A DNA stretch of 33,103 bases. It comes from Candidatus Staskawiczbacteria bacterium. Its GTDB lineage: Bacteria > Patescibacteriota > Minisyncoccia > Minisyncoccales > Staskawiczbacteraceae. Positions 31,855-33,103 of the stretch are shown here, piece after piece. The notes below the pieces were generated by a model. That model searched no databases. It was not told the origin of the DNA and saw only the letters and a list, made by a program, of their open reading frames with translations. Every line of letters starts with the position of its first letter. The first letter of the stretch is position 1. The position numbers and the translations under genes are program-made. The stretch is from positions 1 to 33,103 of the forward strand of contig CAIMDW010000005.1 in assembly GCA_903839895.1 (NCBI GenBank), given 5' to 3'.

Positions 31855-33103
31855 ATGCAGGAAAATATCAGGAATTTTTCTATAATTGCGCACATTGACC
31901 ATGGAAAGTCCACACTGGCGGATCGGCTTTTGGAGTTGACTGGCACAATTGACCCTAAGAAAATGATGCCGCAGTTTTTGGATTCCATGGACTTGGAAAG
32001 GGAAAAGGGAATTACCATAAAGCTAAAAGCCATCAGGATGAATTACAATTTTGAAGGCAAAGATTATATTTTGAATTTGGTGGATACTCCCGGGCACGTG
32101 GATTTTTCCTATGAAGTTTCAAGGTCTATGGAAGCCGTGGAAGGAGCGGTTTTGCTGGTGGACGCAACACAGGGAATCCAAGCGCAGACTTTGGCTAATT
32201 TGGAATTGGCAAAAAGCCAGAACTTGAAAATAATTCCCGTAATAAATAAAATTGATTCTCCGATCGCAAAGGTGGAAGAATCTGTTGAAGAACTTTCAAC
32301 TCTTTTGGACATTCTGCCAGAGGAAATAATAAAAATTTCTGCGAAAGACGGAACAAACGTAGAGCAGATTTTAAAAGCCGTATTAAAAGAGGTTCCAGCT
32401 CCCAAAGAAAGCGCTGAAAAGAATTTTCGTGCGCTCATTTTTGATTCAGAATATGATTCTTTCAAAGGAGTGATTGCTTTTGTGCGGGTTGTAGACGGTG
32501 AAATTTCAAATGGGGAAAAAATAGAGCTGATGGCGACCGATTCGCCTGCTGAAGTGAAAGAATTGGGATATTTGAATCCGACTTTTTCAGCTAGAGAAAA
32601 AATTACTGCAGGGGATATAGGATATATTGCGACAGGAATCAAGGAGCCTGGAAAAGTTACGGCGGGCGACACGATTATAAAACTTCAGACTGCAGCCACA
32701 AAAGGGACTGTTGCGCCTTTGCCAGGATATCAAGAGCCAAAACCTATGGTTTTTGCCAGCTTGTATCCTGAAAGTCCGGATGATTTTGATAATTTGAAAG
32801 TGGCATTGGGAAAACTAAAATTGCAAGATCCTGCGCTTGTTTTTGAGCAGGAAATGAAAGAGGCTTTAGGCAGGGGATTCAACTGCGGATTTTTGGGAAC
32901 ATTGCATATTGAAATTATTGCAGAAAGATTGGAAAGGGAATTTGGATTAACCTTGGTAATTTCAACGCCTTCTGTTGTTTATAAAGTTTATGACCAGAAA
33001 GATAAAGAAACCATTATTCATTGTGGAGTAAAGGGGATTTCTATTGAACTTTTTGACTCTCCAAGGAACTATGCTAAAGTAATCTGTGAACATGTTTGTA
33101 GTA
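31855..33103 (+). CDS. lepA: translation elongation factor 4 (LepA), 5' portion; runs off the window
   Basis: Not in the ORF track because there is no stop in the window. My translation: MQENIRNFSIIAHIDHGKSTLADRLLELTG...DSMDLEREKGITIK...LNLVDTPGHVDFSYEVSRS...VINKIDSP...FRALIFDSEYDSFKGVIAFVRVVDG...GFNCGFLGTLHIEII.ERLEREFGL. The frame is open to 33103. Confidence 0.92.
   Translation, partial: MQENIRNFSIIAHIDHGKSTLADRLLELTGTIDPKKMMPQFLDSMDLEREKGITIKLKAIRMNYNFEGKDYILNLVDTPGHVDFSYEVSRSMEAVEGAVLLVDATQGIQAQTLANLELAKSQNLKIIPVINKIDSPIAKVEESVEELSTLLDILPEEIIKISAKDGTNVEQILKAVLKEVPAPKESAEKNFRALIFDSEYDSFKGVIAFVRVVDGEISNGEKIELMATDSPAEVKELGYLNPTFSAREKITAGDIGYIATGIKEPGKVTAGDTIIKLQTAATKGTVAPLPGYQEPKPMVFASLYPESPDDFDNLKVALGKLKLQDPALVFEQEMKEALGRGFNCGFLGTLHIEIIAERLEREFGLTLVISTPSVVYKVYDQKDKETIIHCGVKGISIELFDSPRNYAKVICEHVCS

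Noticed and set aside
33010-33103. The last ~30 codons of the visible LepA frame (HCGVKGISIELFDSPRNYAKVICEHVCS) looked less LepA-like, raising the idea of an insertion, an intron or a contig-end artefact
   Set aside because: The frame stays open, and a DSP-type motif appears where LepA has its N/D-[SP]-P segment. There is too little sequence to distinguish a lineage-specific insertion from anything else.
1-33103. Scan for CRISPR arrays, tRNA/rRNA genes, IS elements or transposases, and toxin-antitoxin pairs
   Set aside because: By eye I found no regularly spaced direct repeats, no cloverleaf-capable intergenic segments (the intergenic gaps are mostly under 70 nt) and no transposase- or integrase-like ORFs. 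A tRNAscan/cmscan run would be needed for certainty.

Overview
This is an AT-rich, tightly packed bacterial segment with almost every gene on the plus strand. The gene content looks like a reduced Candidate Phyla Radiation / Patescibacteria (Parcubacteria-like) genome using the standard code, with TGA as a stop. Supporting genes are a pyruvoyl arginine decarboxylase + deoxyhypusine-synthase-like + agmatinase trio, SecA/SecD/SecF, a sigma-region-4/HARE-HTH protein, a short PGK and many small DUF-type genes. Housekeeping flanks (1-12.3 kb and 25.7-33.1 kb) bracket an accessory block (about 12.4-25.7 kb) holding two things worth follow-up. (i) A self-contained promoter-to-terminator operon encodes a radical SAM/SPASM enzyme with an RRE-like N-terminus, plus a 44-aa Cys-bearing ORF with a strong Shine-Dalgarno that is absent from the ORF track. 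I read this as a candidate novel RiPP (sacti-/ranthipeptide-like). (ii) A locus of about 10.5 kb encodes a small 2-TM protein, a Trp-rich membrane-anchored protein, two paralogous VirD4/TraD/TrwB-like P-loop ATPases and three paralogous 550-573 aa cysteine-rich multi-zinc-ribbon proteins. No other T4SS, relaxase or integrase genes are visible, so its function is unknown. Also present are an RNase P RNA on the minus strand in the 29.1-29.4 kb gap, with consensus promoter and bidirectional terminator, and a RecJ-like DHH gene split by a 1-nt frameshift. I saw no CRISPR array, tRNA, rRNA or transposase.
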